A DNA stretch of 58,918 bases, counting the filler, from Sphacelaria rigidula (Eukaryota): the NCBI GenBank assembly GCA_964200075.2. It is 4 parts of 4 records of this genome, joined end to end, with 100 filler letters (N's around TTAATTAATTAA, not from the genome) between each part and the next. Parts side by side here need not be neighbours in the genome. Positions count along the whole stretch, not along the records: positions 44,267 to 58,918 come from CAXNAA020002123.1; 3 more parts are not named here. One strand, written 5' to 3'. Below, piece by piece: positions 46,891-58,918 of this stretch (the first letter of the stretch is position 1; each line of letters opens with the position of its first letter). The translations under genes were made by a program, and so were the position numbers. The notes under the pieces are model-generated. The model was not told where the DNA came from and made no database searches. It saw only the letters and a list, made by a program, of their open reading frames with translations.

Positions 46891-49800
46891 CTCTTGGAAC
46901 GCATCGAAAATAATAGAATTTCTGAAAACGCTTCTTTGTCGTTTCAGAGTGCGAATATCCCAGAATCAGAGTGCAGAATTTTGAAAAAAAGAAGTAAGGG
47001 GATACCACATTTGATGGAGGGGGGGGAAGTTCTCGTTACACTATTATCCTGAGATATTTTCACCCTGAAATGACAAAGAAGCTTTTCCCGAGACTCTATT
47101 GACCCATCTGGAACCGTTGAAGGAAAAGTGATGATTTACAATAATTGACGTCTTATCGCGCAAGATATGGTTGCTTCTGCAAGTACTGTTGTTGATGATG
47201 CAGCCCACCAAAACGGCGCACCACTCTAAAAGCTCCAGTATACTAATGTGACAGATTCGTGCACCGAACTCGAAGTGACGTTTTCCAGGTGACGAAAGCT
47301 CGCAAACGGGAGTTTGTTTGTAAATCGTCACTTTTCCATCAAGGGTTCGATGAAGAGGGTTTGGGCAAAGCAAGACAGAATGGCGTATTGCGCTCAAACA
47401 TTTCTCCCCCAGGAGGGAGGGACGCGGTGGGGGGGGGGGGGGCTACCTATTTCTTGCTTGCCTTAGTCGCTTGACCTTCAACCACGCATCCCTCTCGAGA
47501 CGGAGCACTCCCTTAGGGGGGGGAGTCCCGTGGGAAACTCCGGCGGCCCCCGTGGGGAGGGGGGGGCGGGGAAGGTTACTGCCTTCGGCGGCCGTGGAGA
47601 CGTCTGGGAAAAGCCGATATTTTCTCCTTAGGGGTGGCACTTCACTCCACTGCGCATCAAGTTGCTTTTGCGCACCCTTATCTCCTCGTTTTTCAGCGGT
47701 GCGGTCAGTAGACGAGTCCGTTGCCACCTTTGTTTGTTCTCGTCTGAAAAACATCATCACGGTTTACATGTGTCTTCTTCACATGTCCAATCAAGTTGGT
47801 GCCTAGAAGGAGCATTCAGTATTCGGATACTTTTTGGATACTTCGGGGACTAAATCCACAAAAAGATCAGAGTTTTCATCCTACGGAAATCAGCGAGAGC
47901 CGCAGTTTAGTCGTCCGTCCAGGTATTCTACTACGTGCACAGAATATCATATCCGAAGTCGGTACTACATGCACAGAATAATAACTCCAAGCGCGAAACT
48001 CTCGAAACGCGGACACAACACTTCATTCGTGGTGGGGATTATCTCTACACGTCTAGCTGTGTCGTACAATCTCCACAGTAGACATCAGGTAACAACAGGA
48101 AACAACTAAAATAATAGCACAGTAGTAGTAGTGTTGTTCTATTATAGTACATTACAGTGCCAAGGATGTCACGGCGGATTAATTGCCGAGGTACGTGAAC
48201 AACACTATCTTCAATTCAAAACAGGCAGTATCCGACGTCTGCAGCCATAACATCCAGTACAATTGTGTTTTGGCTGCATGTTGTCCAAAAACTAGTCGCC
48301 TCGAGATATTGTTGAGTGCGTCAAATTATCGAGGGGCTTCTCTGAGACGGGGGGGGGACTTGGTTCAGTGCGAACAAGACAGAAGAGATGACGTTTTGTC
48401 CACGTCATACCTTCATACACCACTGACTTTCGTTTGTGCCTGAACGCTGAACGCACGCATACCCACGACGAGTATCATACGAACAGTAACATACGACATA
48501 CAACCCTGTCTGTAAAAACTCTATGAGCAATAGAGACAGTGCAAGTACGTACTGCTGTATTTTGTTTCCGGCGGTAGTGATTCCAGACCCTTTCGCAAAT
48601 CATACATCAGGTATCGTGTGGTTTCATAAGACCCGCTTGCGATGGGAACCGGGTGCTACGGACTGGCTGCATTTAAGTGCGCCATGCTATATACCAGCTT
48701 GGTCGAGAGCGAACCAGCCATTTTCGGAGTATGCATACCATCGAGTTCTATGCAAGCTTCTGACTGAATCACCTGAAGATACCGCCGCGTTGTTTTTTAT
48801 CTTCTGTAGCATATAATGACGCCGCAGGCTCCAACACCGTACCTTCAGCACTCTCAAAGCCTGAGACCTTCGTGGCAAACGCCTCGAAATCACCATGAGC
48901 GTGCCAAGCAAACGCTGTCGCTTTAGCTATTGCTTCTGCTGGTAGAGATGGGATTCCGGTGACGGATAGCACCTGCCTGTTATTGGTGTAACTTTCGAGA
49001 CGAAGGTCCTCGATCGGATGTTAACACCAAAGACACCCATGTACTGACTAACGGTGTATTACACCCCCTACGCCAGCTTGCCCAGCCTCTATTTCTCAAC
49101 AGCGAAGCACTCGTACAGCCAGGAGTACTCATGTGTAGCCAAATCCCAATGACAACTTCGCGATCGAATAGTTATTGAAGCCGTGACGGCTACAGCTCTT
49201 GGAAGAAGTCGGGTGAAAAAAGACATGTGTAGAAGATGCACCTTCAAAACCCAAACGACACCGTCTCGTGTCCTGGACAAGTTTCAAGCATCGGTATCTT
49301 TGACGACCTTTTGAGCCGTTTTAAAATTACGAGTTGTTGAGGACAGAAACCAGCAGGTAGCGGTAGGCTCGTCAACCGAGGGATACAAAACGCAGCTATG
49401 TGCGGGCCGATCGCCGTTCAATGATCTGCGTGGCGGGTTATGTCTAGATACGCGAACGCCACACGCATATTTTGCATGATCGTTCGGTTGACGTGTCCTA
49501 TCCCCGATCGTTGAATCAAGCCATTACGGCACAACCTGAACTGACACGACCCAAAGATACGGACACTCCTCTTTCTGGCGATTCAAGACGCAAGGGGTAT
49601 ATAATCGCTCGGAATGGAAAGAAGCTCGAGCACCCGCCTCAAGTTCTTGCTGTATAATGGTGAAACAAGCGGGGGGTCGGCAAACTGGTGCCCACCCGCT
49701 AGCAATCTGACCTTTCCGGTGTTCCGATCGTGCGACTGAAGCTGCTCTCCGCGAATAAGTGCTCAAACTATCTGAGACTGGTGTGCAGTACAGTAGGTCA

Positions 49801-50959
49801 GCACCGTGCGACAACCCTACGGATTCACTTCCTCACACAAGGACACGAGGAGGGATGACTACACAAGGACACGTCATTTATCAGTTACTGCGACTAGTTG
49901 CTGCTGCTGATGTACCGTCCAATCGCGGCAGGTATCCGTTATCTCGCGTACTCCAAGGGCGCATTATGACGGCAGTGTGCAGTGCAGCACTACTGAGGTT
50001 ATATACACGCAAAAAAAGGGACAACCCCGTCCGCAAGCTGGTCAACCCTGGGGCCTGCTCAATCGGCGTAGTTTTTTGTTGCTCACTTCAAGCCATCTCG
50101 CGTACGGCAAACAAAATGAGAGTGTATTCACACCTGGCGTTGAGAAAGTCTCCAGGTTTTTTGTTGTCAGATCAGCCTCCGTCATGATTCGGCCACTTCG
50201 TTGTGGTTATTATTGCAACGCGCCTTCCGTGCCTCGCCGTGATACCGCCGCCTCGTTTCTACTAAAAAGTGTTGCTAAGCCAGCTCATGTGTCTACAATG
50301 TGGTCACCATTCTGTTTCGATATCAACACTAGAACAGAGTGGTAACTACTACGTTGGAGTGTATACTGTACCACTACGTTGGAGAGTATCAGTGTGGCTG
50401 CTGACGGATACGGAAGGTCAAAGGGTGGGCGGAACAGCCCCGGAAAGTAGCAAAATTGAAATCACCAACCGTGTTCGGTTTCGATGTTTATAGAAGAGTC
50501 GGTCATTAAGGAGTCACATGGTTGAACAACGTGACCGCAGGCGAAAAAAGTTTCTTTGAGAAAAATGCGATCAGGGACTGGGCGGTCTGTGGTTTCACTT
50601 CAAGCGTGTGACTTACCTCACAGCAAATTCTTTGTGCTGCCGGCGCGCAGGATATTAAAATCAATATCAACCCTTTGACCCCCGAGTGTGAGTCCTCCAT
50701 CACCACCACTGTTGAATCGGCATCGCGTTTCACTTCAAAGAGTAGGGAAACAAAAATGACCCACCCTCACGGCCTGGCTCGTCTGGTATTGCAGGTTACT
50801 CATCAACATCCGATCGCCCGTGTGTTCACGTGGTGACACCCGCGTTGCAGTCTTCTTATGATGTCCTCTAGTTCTGAACGCTGTCGATATAATCGTCCAG
50901 GCAGCCTCACCATCATTCCGAACTATGCTCGGGATGCGTCCTTACCCGTACTCACCCAG

Positions 50960-50961
<2 letters not shown>

Positions 50962-51026
<65 letters not shown>
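50962..51026. repeat. (TG)n microsatellite, ~32 units; probably the expanded tail of the adjacent SINE
   Basis: Read directly; abuts the SINE body at 51027. Confidence 0.95.
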
Positions 51027-51032
<6 letters not shown>

Positions 51033-51312
51033 CGCCATCTCATCTATTCTTGACGCCGGTCTTTATCTCTCGTAATATATACGTGGGCGCATCAGCCGGG
51101 GGGGTCGAGACGCCTTCCCCACATGACTGCCGCGAGGCTGCCTCGCCGAGCCTTCGGGTAATTGGCAAACAAACTCGAGATGAGTGTTGGGTTGGGTTTC
51201 CTCCTGCCGTCAAGAAAAAAAAAATCAGCTGGGGGATCATATAATAACAGGGACGTCAACACAGAAGTCATTTTTAGAACTCCAGCACCTGTCTTCTGTG
51301 GTGCTTGCCTTG

Positions 51313-51645
51313 CACACGCGGCTATTTGGCTACACCCCAAAATGCCTCCAGAGGGATGCGCGGCCCTCCAGGGGGGAAACAAGCCTCCGGAGGCCTTCCA
51401 TCCCTCTAGAGGAGACCAAACTCTACCGACTCGGAGGGCCGCGCACCCCTCCGGAGGAATTTGGGGGTCTACGCGGCCCTCCGGAGGCAAGAATAAGCCT
51501 CCGGGGGCGTTCGACCCCTCTGGAGGGAACCAAAAAATCTCCTCTGGAGGGCCGCGCACCCCTCCGGAGGCGTTTAATTCCTCTGGAGGGTCGAAAAGTG
51601 TGCCCACCTGGAGGAAGTTTGGAGGTAGCCAAATGGCCGCGTGTG
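51313..51645. mobile_element. MITE with CCTCCGGAGG subrepeats, inserted into a SINE copy (51027-51712)
   Basis: TIRs CACACGCGGCTATTTGGCTAC / GTAGCCAAATGGCCGCGTGTG. The SINE text GGTGCTTGCCTT resumes after the insert as GCGAGAAGAATTCAGCGGTCCCTTTCCCTCGTC. Confidence 0.85.
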
Positions 51646-53123
51646 ATGCTTTACAACGCAAGCGAGAAGAATTCAGCGGTCCCTTTCCCTCGTCCACCGA
51701 GGAGCAGCGGTGATTGCCTAGTATCCCTCCCCCTCGCATCACTCAACACAGGGGTTGATATCACAGTCAGCTCTGAACCAGTAAAGCAGCAAACGCACGA
51801 TCGGCAGAAGACATAACTTCTGCGACGAGTCCGAATGCTACTACTGCCAAAAACGACACTTGCTTCTGTAGTGCTCACGAGTGCCAGTAGCACATACAGT
51901 ATCACAGACGGAAGGCCAAGAAATGTATCAAGGAAGGGGGAAATTCAGAGACCCTTTGCTCCCTTCCAATAACAAACCTATGGGCAAAATTTTGTCGGAA
52001 CATGCAACATTAGTTTGAGAAGTGCCCCGACTTTTGAAAAAAACAAAGTGGATCAGAGTCATAAGTTTGAGAAGACATCGCCGAGCACGCCGCCTCTAGA
52101 TGCACGCAGCGGCAGGTTAGGAAAACGGCCTCTGGAGACAGTATAAGTAGGCCCAACGGGCTTATTATAGCAGTTTTGCACCAGCTTTGGCGACCGTGAT
52201 GAATCAGATGGTGGCCGTCGGTGACAATATCGCGTCGTTGATGGCGAGGAATCGTCGGGGAGTACAAGTTACGATCTTCTCGACTGCGAGTAACCGTTTA
52301 CTTAAGCGCTGTCTCCTGTCCTCGCGATGCATGCAGTGTCCGATGGCTATATGCCATGATCCCTCACCGCGAGATGGCGCAATGAAAATCTTTGCGCCAA
52401 ATAGAGTGCCTCGTGTCTGATCGTGCGTGCGTTTTAAATTTGCTCTCAACGTGTGCAAAGTATAATCGATGCTTTGGCCAGTGCAAAAAATACGGTGGGT
52501 CTGTCGGTCCTGCAGGCGCAGCTCGTGCGGGTGTGGTCGGGTGGCGCTTTAATTTCGTATCTGAGAGTTGCGGAAGAAATTATCCCCACTTCAGATAGCC
52601 AACTGAGCGGGACGAGCGCAGGTTAACATACACATTCGAGTAACGCGCATGGGACCGCAGCGGTGAGCTTGTCGCCCTCACCAGCCTGTCCCATCTGGTA
52701 TGGTAGCAAAGGTGTTGCGGGGGTATCCATGGATAGCATCGATAGTACTGGCCCCGTGCGTTACTCCACGTCGCATGATGCACAAGGAAGCGGACATGGT
52801 AGGTACGTCTGCCTCACGCCACCATAAAAAATGCTGCTACACACACATAAATACATTCGTTGGCCAGAACGTATTATCAGCACATCTTCTGGCAAGCCCT
52901 GATGATGTCCTCCTGGCGTCCATCTACGCCTACAAAAAACATCAACCAAAAACATCGGGGAATTGTCGGCGGGAAAAACGTCATGAGAAAGTCCTAGGGC
53001 CTTCGAAAGGGTCAACAAGCTCTTGCGCGGCATTTGATTTTACACTTACTCCAGAATGTTTGTTTTTCTCGCTGTTTGCCCCCCACCCACCCGCATAAGA
53101 TATACTCCGGAGTATGTGTACAT

Positions 53124-53400
53124 GCCGCGCCGCGGTAGTGTAGTGGTCCGCCTGTCGCCATTAGGGTGGAGAGAGCGGGGCTTCGATTCCCGATGCGTTG
53201 CGTTTTTTCTTCGTAATGTATGATTTCCACCGCGGAAAGCGTGAGGACGTGAGTAAACAAAGTAGTCGACTGGGTTCGTGTAGCGTGAGTTGACGCGGTG
53301 CGGAAGTGGTGACCCAATCCGCGAGATCACAAATCGAAAGGCACGTACCGGGGGAGCAATGGGTTGATCCCTTGAGACCACGGACTCATCCCGAGGAAGG
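53124..53400 (+). mobile_element. tRNA-derived SINE, second family
   Basis: Head GCGGTAGTGTAGTGG...GCTTCGATTCCCG (A/B boxes), followed by a body shared with 46197-46372. Confidence 0.7.
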
Positions 53401-54260
53401 GGAGGGGTTCAAAATGTGGACTGGAGAAAAAAAAAGTACTCCGCACAGTTCATCTTGCGTAGTTGTCATTTTCCAGCAAGTGCATGGGCGTATGAAAAAT
53501 GTAAACGTTCCAAGGGTGTGTTTTGGGTGTAGGGTGCATACCCGGGTGTTTACTCACTCCCCCAACGTTTTGTGTTGCGATGGTCTCATATCCAAACCCT
53601 ACCCAAATATTGGGCACACTTAGAATAGGTACGATTACATTACACTACTCAATATACGGATACTGCTGAGTACGATCTCAATACTCTACCTAGGTCTCGG
53701 GGTGCTTAAAGTGCGATGTGCAAAAACACTAGAAAGGGTAAGAAATATCCTACCCAGCACACCCTTCGAACGTTGTCGAGTTAGTTCAATTGAACGTACG
53801 GAATATTACGCTTGCAAGGGCCTGTGTCGGACAGGGTATACCCGACAGGGTATACCAGATATTGTAGTATTTTGATAAGTGGATATTCGACACCATGCCC
53901 ACAGCAGCAGCCAGCCCAGTACCGTCATTCCCCCCTCTGAAGCCCATAAAAGTCACAGTAAAAGTCACAGTGACTGACTGAAGGCGGGCGATGTGCGACT
54001 TTTCGAAATACCAAAAAATCGGATGTACCCCACCCGACCTGCCGTTAATAGGGTGCTGCCCTAAAGATCCAGAAAGCTCCGCAGACACCACCAGGCTGAG
54101 CGGCCTGCCATGAATCACAACCGTTGCCGCTACGATTCACGTGCTCCGCCGGTAAGCCGAAAAATACGTCAAGTATCAACAAGTTGCCATAGAAGTATTT
54201 GGCTATCAATGACCCTGTGTCACTTCGAGGATTACAATGCAGCGGCCACCCAGTGCCCTA

Positions 54261-54703
54261 AACACGGGATCTTACAAATTGGGGATGGATCTTTTATTGG
54301 GGATGAGAAACCCGGGGGATAAAAATCTTCGTATCCACACCAAATCTTCGAAATATGGTTCCTTTTTTCATCTACTGCTAGCTATTGAAAATTGCTACAC
54401 GCCATAAAAATTTGGATTTTGATCACCGAAATGTTGGAATCCTAGGTGAAAAAACACTTTTGGGGAATTTCGGGTGTCCGAACGGACGCCAAAATGGTTC
54501 CGAGATTTGTTTTTCACCTAGGACCCCAAAATTTCGGTGACCGACATCCAAATCTCTATGGCGTGTAGCAGTTGTCCATAGCTATCAGTAGGTGAAGAAA
54601 TGGAACCATATTTCGAAGATTTGGTGTAGATACGAAGATTTTAATTCTCCGGGTTTTTCATCCCCAATAAAAGATCCATCCCCAAGTTGTAAGACCCCGT
54701 GTT
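54261..54703. mobile_element. Foldback element with ~195-bp imperfect inverted arms
   Basis: AACACGGGATCTTACAAATTGGGGATGGATCTTTTATTGGGGATGA... pairs with ...TCATCCCCAATAAAAGATCCATCCCCAAGTTGTAAGACCCCGTGTT; CCTA flanks both sides. Confidence 0.9.
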
Positions 54704-56366
54704 CCTACGGAAACCAGAAAGCGACACCTAGGAATTGACTGCTTTAGCGTGTACGCCTCTTGGCAATACACGGGAAATCCTGGAGAAAAATACGCCTGTA
54801 ATGAGTCAACGCAAAAGGGACAAAAACGGGGAGGGGGGGGAGGGGGGTCATCATAGGCATGCAACGAAGAAGAGGTTTACTAAGCCGGAAAAAGACCGCT
54901 ACGAACAAGGACCGTCTACAAGCACGAGCATTAACGCAGTAAAATTGAGGGACTCGTACGGGGAGAGCTTTGGCCGCGAAAACACGACATGAACCTGCAA
55001 AAATTGGAAAGCGTGCGGCATGCTTACTTTACGCAGAAGCACAAAACACAAAACTATCGCCGTGTTCCTCCGCGCTGTGAATTTCTATAACGAACTGCCC
55101 AAAAACACCGATCAAAACTAAAAGATATAAAACGCGAGAGCAAGTGCTGTTCCGTCTGTTTCTCTGCCTCAATAATATCGTGTCTCAGGCTGCTTTCCCC
55201 GAACCCCGCTTTTTCTTCATGTCATCCCTCCAAAGGGCCTCTAGCTCCGATTCGGACAAGGGTTCGTACACCTGCTCACACAGACAAGAAAGTTGGCAAA
55301 ACATGCGGAGAACGGACATGAGCAAGACGATATATATATATATATATATATGCTAACATCGAAGAAAGGGGACGCCCATATGTACATAGATACATGTATC
55401 GATTGATTGTTTTATTCATTGTCTCACATTGGTTGATCCCCGAGGTACCCCGCCATGGTCCGTCATCATCTACAATATAGAAGTCATCTTCTACGATACA
55501 GACATACCCAAGGTACCTAAAACGGAGACGCTCGGTGAAGAAAAAGGAAGGTGTGAACAAAAAACATATTGTATACTTCGTACAAAATAAACAAAAGGAG
55601 TAACCTTGGACACAAAGGCTGGCACAAACGAAACTCAAACACACAAAAAAACAAGGAACAAAACAAAGCCAAAAAGGAGGGAAAGGAATGTAATGGGAAA
55701 AGAACCAGAAAAAAATAAGATGAAATAAATAATAACATAAATAAACGAAACTGACCTCGACATGGCCGGCCACTGAACCATAGCTTCGGGTGAAAAAAGG
55801 CCGTGCGCTAGGAAGGTGTCTAAACGTTCGAGGTGTTTCTCTCAGGAATAGGAACGGTGCTCCGTCTTGAAAGGGGTGTGTTTTCAATCGACAACTAGCG
55901 CAAGCAACTCGACGGTACCCCCCCCCCCCTTCAGGGTTGGCGTCGGTTGGCAGCGCCGCCATAAACCGCGCCACTCATTGCGTATGCTAGGCAACCATGT
56001 TACTGATTTTTTTCAACCATGATGGTGGTCGAGCTACATCAGGTTGTGCGGGGTGGAGAACCTCAACTCCGCGCAAAGGGGATGATGATACTACGTAGTG
56101 TTGAAATGGTGAGACACCCATGAGGCAGTGTGTAACCCGTATTCGTGGGATGGCCAGGGTAGTCAGTAAGATACACCATGTCAGGACAAGGTATAGTACG
56201 TGCATACCTGTTTGAGTTCTGGCGATTGAACGAGATGACTTTTTACTGTGTTAGGCGTGACTAGACGCACGTGAGTGTATGTGTTTGCTGTATTGATACC
56301 TCGAGCCTACAAGGTCACTCTCTTTCCTTTGCATCAAACAAAGCTATACATACATTCAACCACATC

Positions 56367-56445
56367 CTGATCGATTATCACAGTCGTATCCACTGATCGA
56401 CCATCACAGCCGTGTCCACCGATCGACTATCGCAGTCGTGTCTGC
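56367..56445 (+). repeat. 26-bp tandem repeat x3
   Basis: Units of the form CTGATCGAYYATCACAGTCGTRTCCA. Confidence 0.8.
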
Positions 56446-57559
56446 ACCCCATCCTCTCACGGGGGTCACGAAGCTACAAACACTCTAGAGCCCTACCCAA
56501 CTTGGGAGGTCTGTGGCCCAGGTGAACGATGGCAGACTGGAACACCACGGAGAGACACTCGGCTATCGTGGGAGACACGTCGTCTCCGACGGGAAAATTA
56601 GAGGCAGAGGAGAATGTCGCCAGCTTGCAAGGATCGGTGACGGAAATTACCGAGCAGCTGGCGGAGCTGAGGATGATCGGGGTTCGGGATAGTGGTCCAT
56701 GATCGGGAAATAAAGCCGATGCAGAAGAAGCCGTTTGCCCACGCATGTCCCGCTTGTCATCGTCATCCGACACGAAGCCGTAAGGACGAGCACAATCACA
56801 AGCACAACCACATTATCGGGGCGTACCGCTTCAACAAAAACAGTAGCGGTGACGGTAGGCAGCACACACAGTCTTGTACTCAACAATAAAACCCCATCAT
56901 GTCTCCCCACGTGAGGGGAGAGATATGGTTTCATCCCTCGACAACGGGACTCGTTCCGGTGAGGGCGAGGAGCGGGGAGGGTGTACTCATGATCATGCAT
57001 GCCATAGTCATGAGACCATTGACCTCGCGGGAAGGGGGGTGTACTCATGATCATGCATGCCATAGTCATCAGACCATTGGGGGGGGAGGGGGGGCGTACT
57101 CATTTGCTGCTTGCCGTAGTCGTTGGACCAATGACAACGCATCCCTTTCGAGACGGAGCACACAGGTTGCGGGGAAGAGGAGGGATTAAAAGTGTGGCGG
57201 AAAAAAAAAGCACACACAGACAGTGACACGTCGAGGGAAACACGTACACACGCCCGGTCTTGTTTTAAACCAACTCTTTGGGGGGGAAATTTTGAACGGC
57301 TGGAGTAAAAGACCACTCTTATGGAGTAAAATTGTGAAGATTCTGAACAACAGTGATGCCCAAAACGTTGAGCGGGCTCTCAATGTCGGTCGAGCGCTCG
57401 ACATCAGGGGCGATAATTTTGAATGCCCGGTCAATTTTGAGGACCCGGTCTGGAGTTATAGGCGAAGAACTAAAATATAGGAAATGAAATGATTCGCTGC
57501 GATGCAGCAGAAATACATTCTCTCTCATGTGGTGCCGCTGTCAACGAGCTGTGGTGTGT

Positions 57560-57790
57560 TTAGACCTCGCGGACACTTATGGGTCTCCGCTGGAATTGCC
57601 GGAGCTCTGCTGTACTGCTGTCGTGTTTCGCTCCGTGTACTCGTAAAACAACCGCAGTCGGTACGCAATGCTGTCCTGTAAAAGCGTTGAAACTGCCATC
57701 ACGTATCTGTTGGATAGTGTTGTTGTGTCCTTCCTCCATAAACAAGATGCTTCGTGCCCAGATCCATAATTCCTGTCTTGTAGGTGGCAT
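57560..57790 (-). mobile_element. Possible degenerate LINE fragment (region C-terminal to RT)
   Basis: ATYKT...HLVYGG...QFQRFYRTALRTDCGCFTST resembles the LINE pattern Y..W...LQ..QN.ALR..TGC...T; contains a stop. Confidence 0.35.
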
Positions 57791-58918
57791 GTAGTGTGGT
57801 GCGCTTGAACCCAGCGACGACGATTCGACCTGCGCTGGGGGTTGCAGGAACTGCCGACACTTTCTACGATTGCCCCTCCCCAAAATCTACGCGTAAATAG
57901 AAATGAATAACCCCGAGCACATCGAGCAGCTGGGAATTCCCACGCTTGGGTTCGATTTCGACAACGTCGCTCGTATGAGGCGCTCCATGCACCCTGAAAC
58001 CAAACATCAGGCGCTGTATGACCATTTTCTTCGCGAAAGTTTTTGGCTGTTTTTTTTTTTCTTTGGGGGGGGGGGGTAGGGGGGCTATCGTAGAAAGTGT
58101 CTGCTGTACTGATGTTGCGTCTCGATCGGTGCAGAGGTCTCAACGCTACTGAAATCGTCATCATGGTGTATTGAACACGTTGTGCCGTCTGTAAAATCAA
58201 GAACGCATTTCGTGCGCACTGTACACCCATAAAATGTTGATGTAGTTGTCGTGTACCATGGTGCATTTGAACCCTGCGAACAACGGCTCGATCTGCGCCG
58301 GGGGTAGCCCGAGTTACTGTACTGCTGCTGTGTTCCGGCCTGTACAGAGTTGGGGTGGTGACAATTTCCGTGTACACAAGTTGGAAAAGTCACGTGACGG
58401 CTGTGCAGCCATTGCGTCTTCTTCGGATGCTGTTGCACAGACGTAAATCTCGCGGGTCGCGCCAAGTTCATGTATGTACAACTTCAAGGTTGTGCCACAA
58501 GAGTGTTTTGTCTCCGTTCACACTCGCGGCAGATAAAAACGTCGATCAAAATCCGCCTCTTTCTTTTCTGCATATCCCATGAGAGTTAGTCTCAGCCATC
58601 GCAAAAGGATGGTCCACGCCCACCGGCTCTGATTTCCATTTGTTCCTCGAACTCGTGCGTACCTGCCCATGTTTATGCAAAGTCCATCTCTACGCACAGA
58701 GTTCATTTTCTGAAGAATCGCGGAGATTTTCAGCGGAGGAAAAATTATACACACGATTGGCACACGCCATCGGACACTTTACCGTTAACGAAACACCTAC
58801 GACCACCCGAGCAGCTACTAGAGAGTACCTTGATTGCGATTTTTCTTCCTGGGGGGGGGGGGGGGGGGCCTCTCATTATCTTCTTTCCCCTAGAAAGAAG
58901 ACCGTGGGCCGGAGTGGG

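Noticed and set aside
51092..51816. Long overlapping ORFs with PPEG repeats
   Set aside because: A by-product of the GC-rich palindromic CCTCCGGAGG subrepeats of a MITE.
55276..55974. 232-aa hydrophobic ORF
   Set aside because: It is the translation of low-complexity A-rich (T-rich on the minus strand) and (TA)n sequence.
56367..56445. CRISPR-like array (also 16801-16950 and 40449-40591)
   Set aside because: Head-to-tail tandem units without unique spacers, in a eukaryotic context with no cas genes.

Overview
This is eukaryotic nuclear DNA with long GT-AG introns, small exons and dense MITE/SINE content. The style suggests a stramenopile, probably a brown alga (inference). There are three 100-bp scaffold gaps, each with an artificial TTAATTAATTAA spacer. 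Two host genes can be built exon by exon: a minus-strand endonuclease G/Nuc1-type nuclease (ATG 11500, DRGH active site, 3' end probably beyond the window start) and a complete plus-strand 60S ribosomal protein L19 gene (6 coding exons, 189 aa). The rest is mostly transposon debris: a tyrosine-recombinase (DIRS/Ngaro-type) retrotransposon relic, a plant-type mariner transposase relic, an internally deleted Ty1/copia, probable pogo and LINE fragments, tRNA-headed SINEs and many MITEs/foldbacks. There are also a few unidentified decayed genes. The leads most worth checking are a densely base-paired ~400-nt block in RPL19 intron 3 containing a telomere-template-like AAACCCTAAA, a possible frame-switching cassette exon that would swap the EndoG targeting peptide, a possible poison exon in RPL19, and an unidentified coding element present in two diverged copies. 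All four are hypotheses. No new system is demonstrated by the sequence alone.
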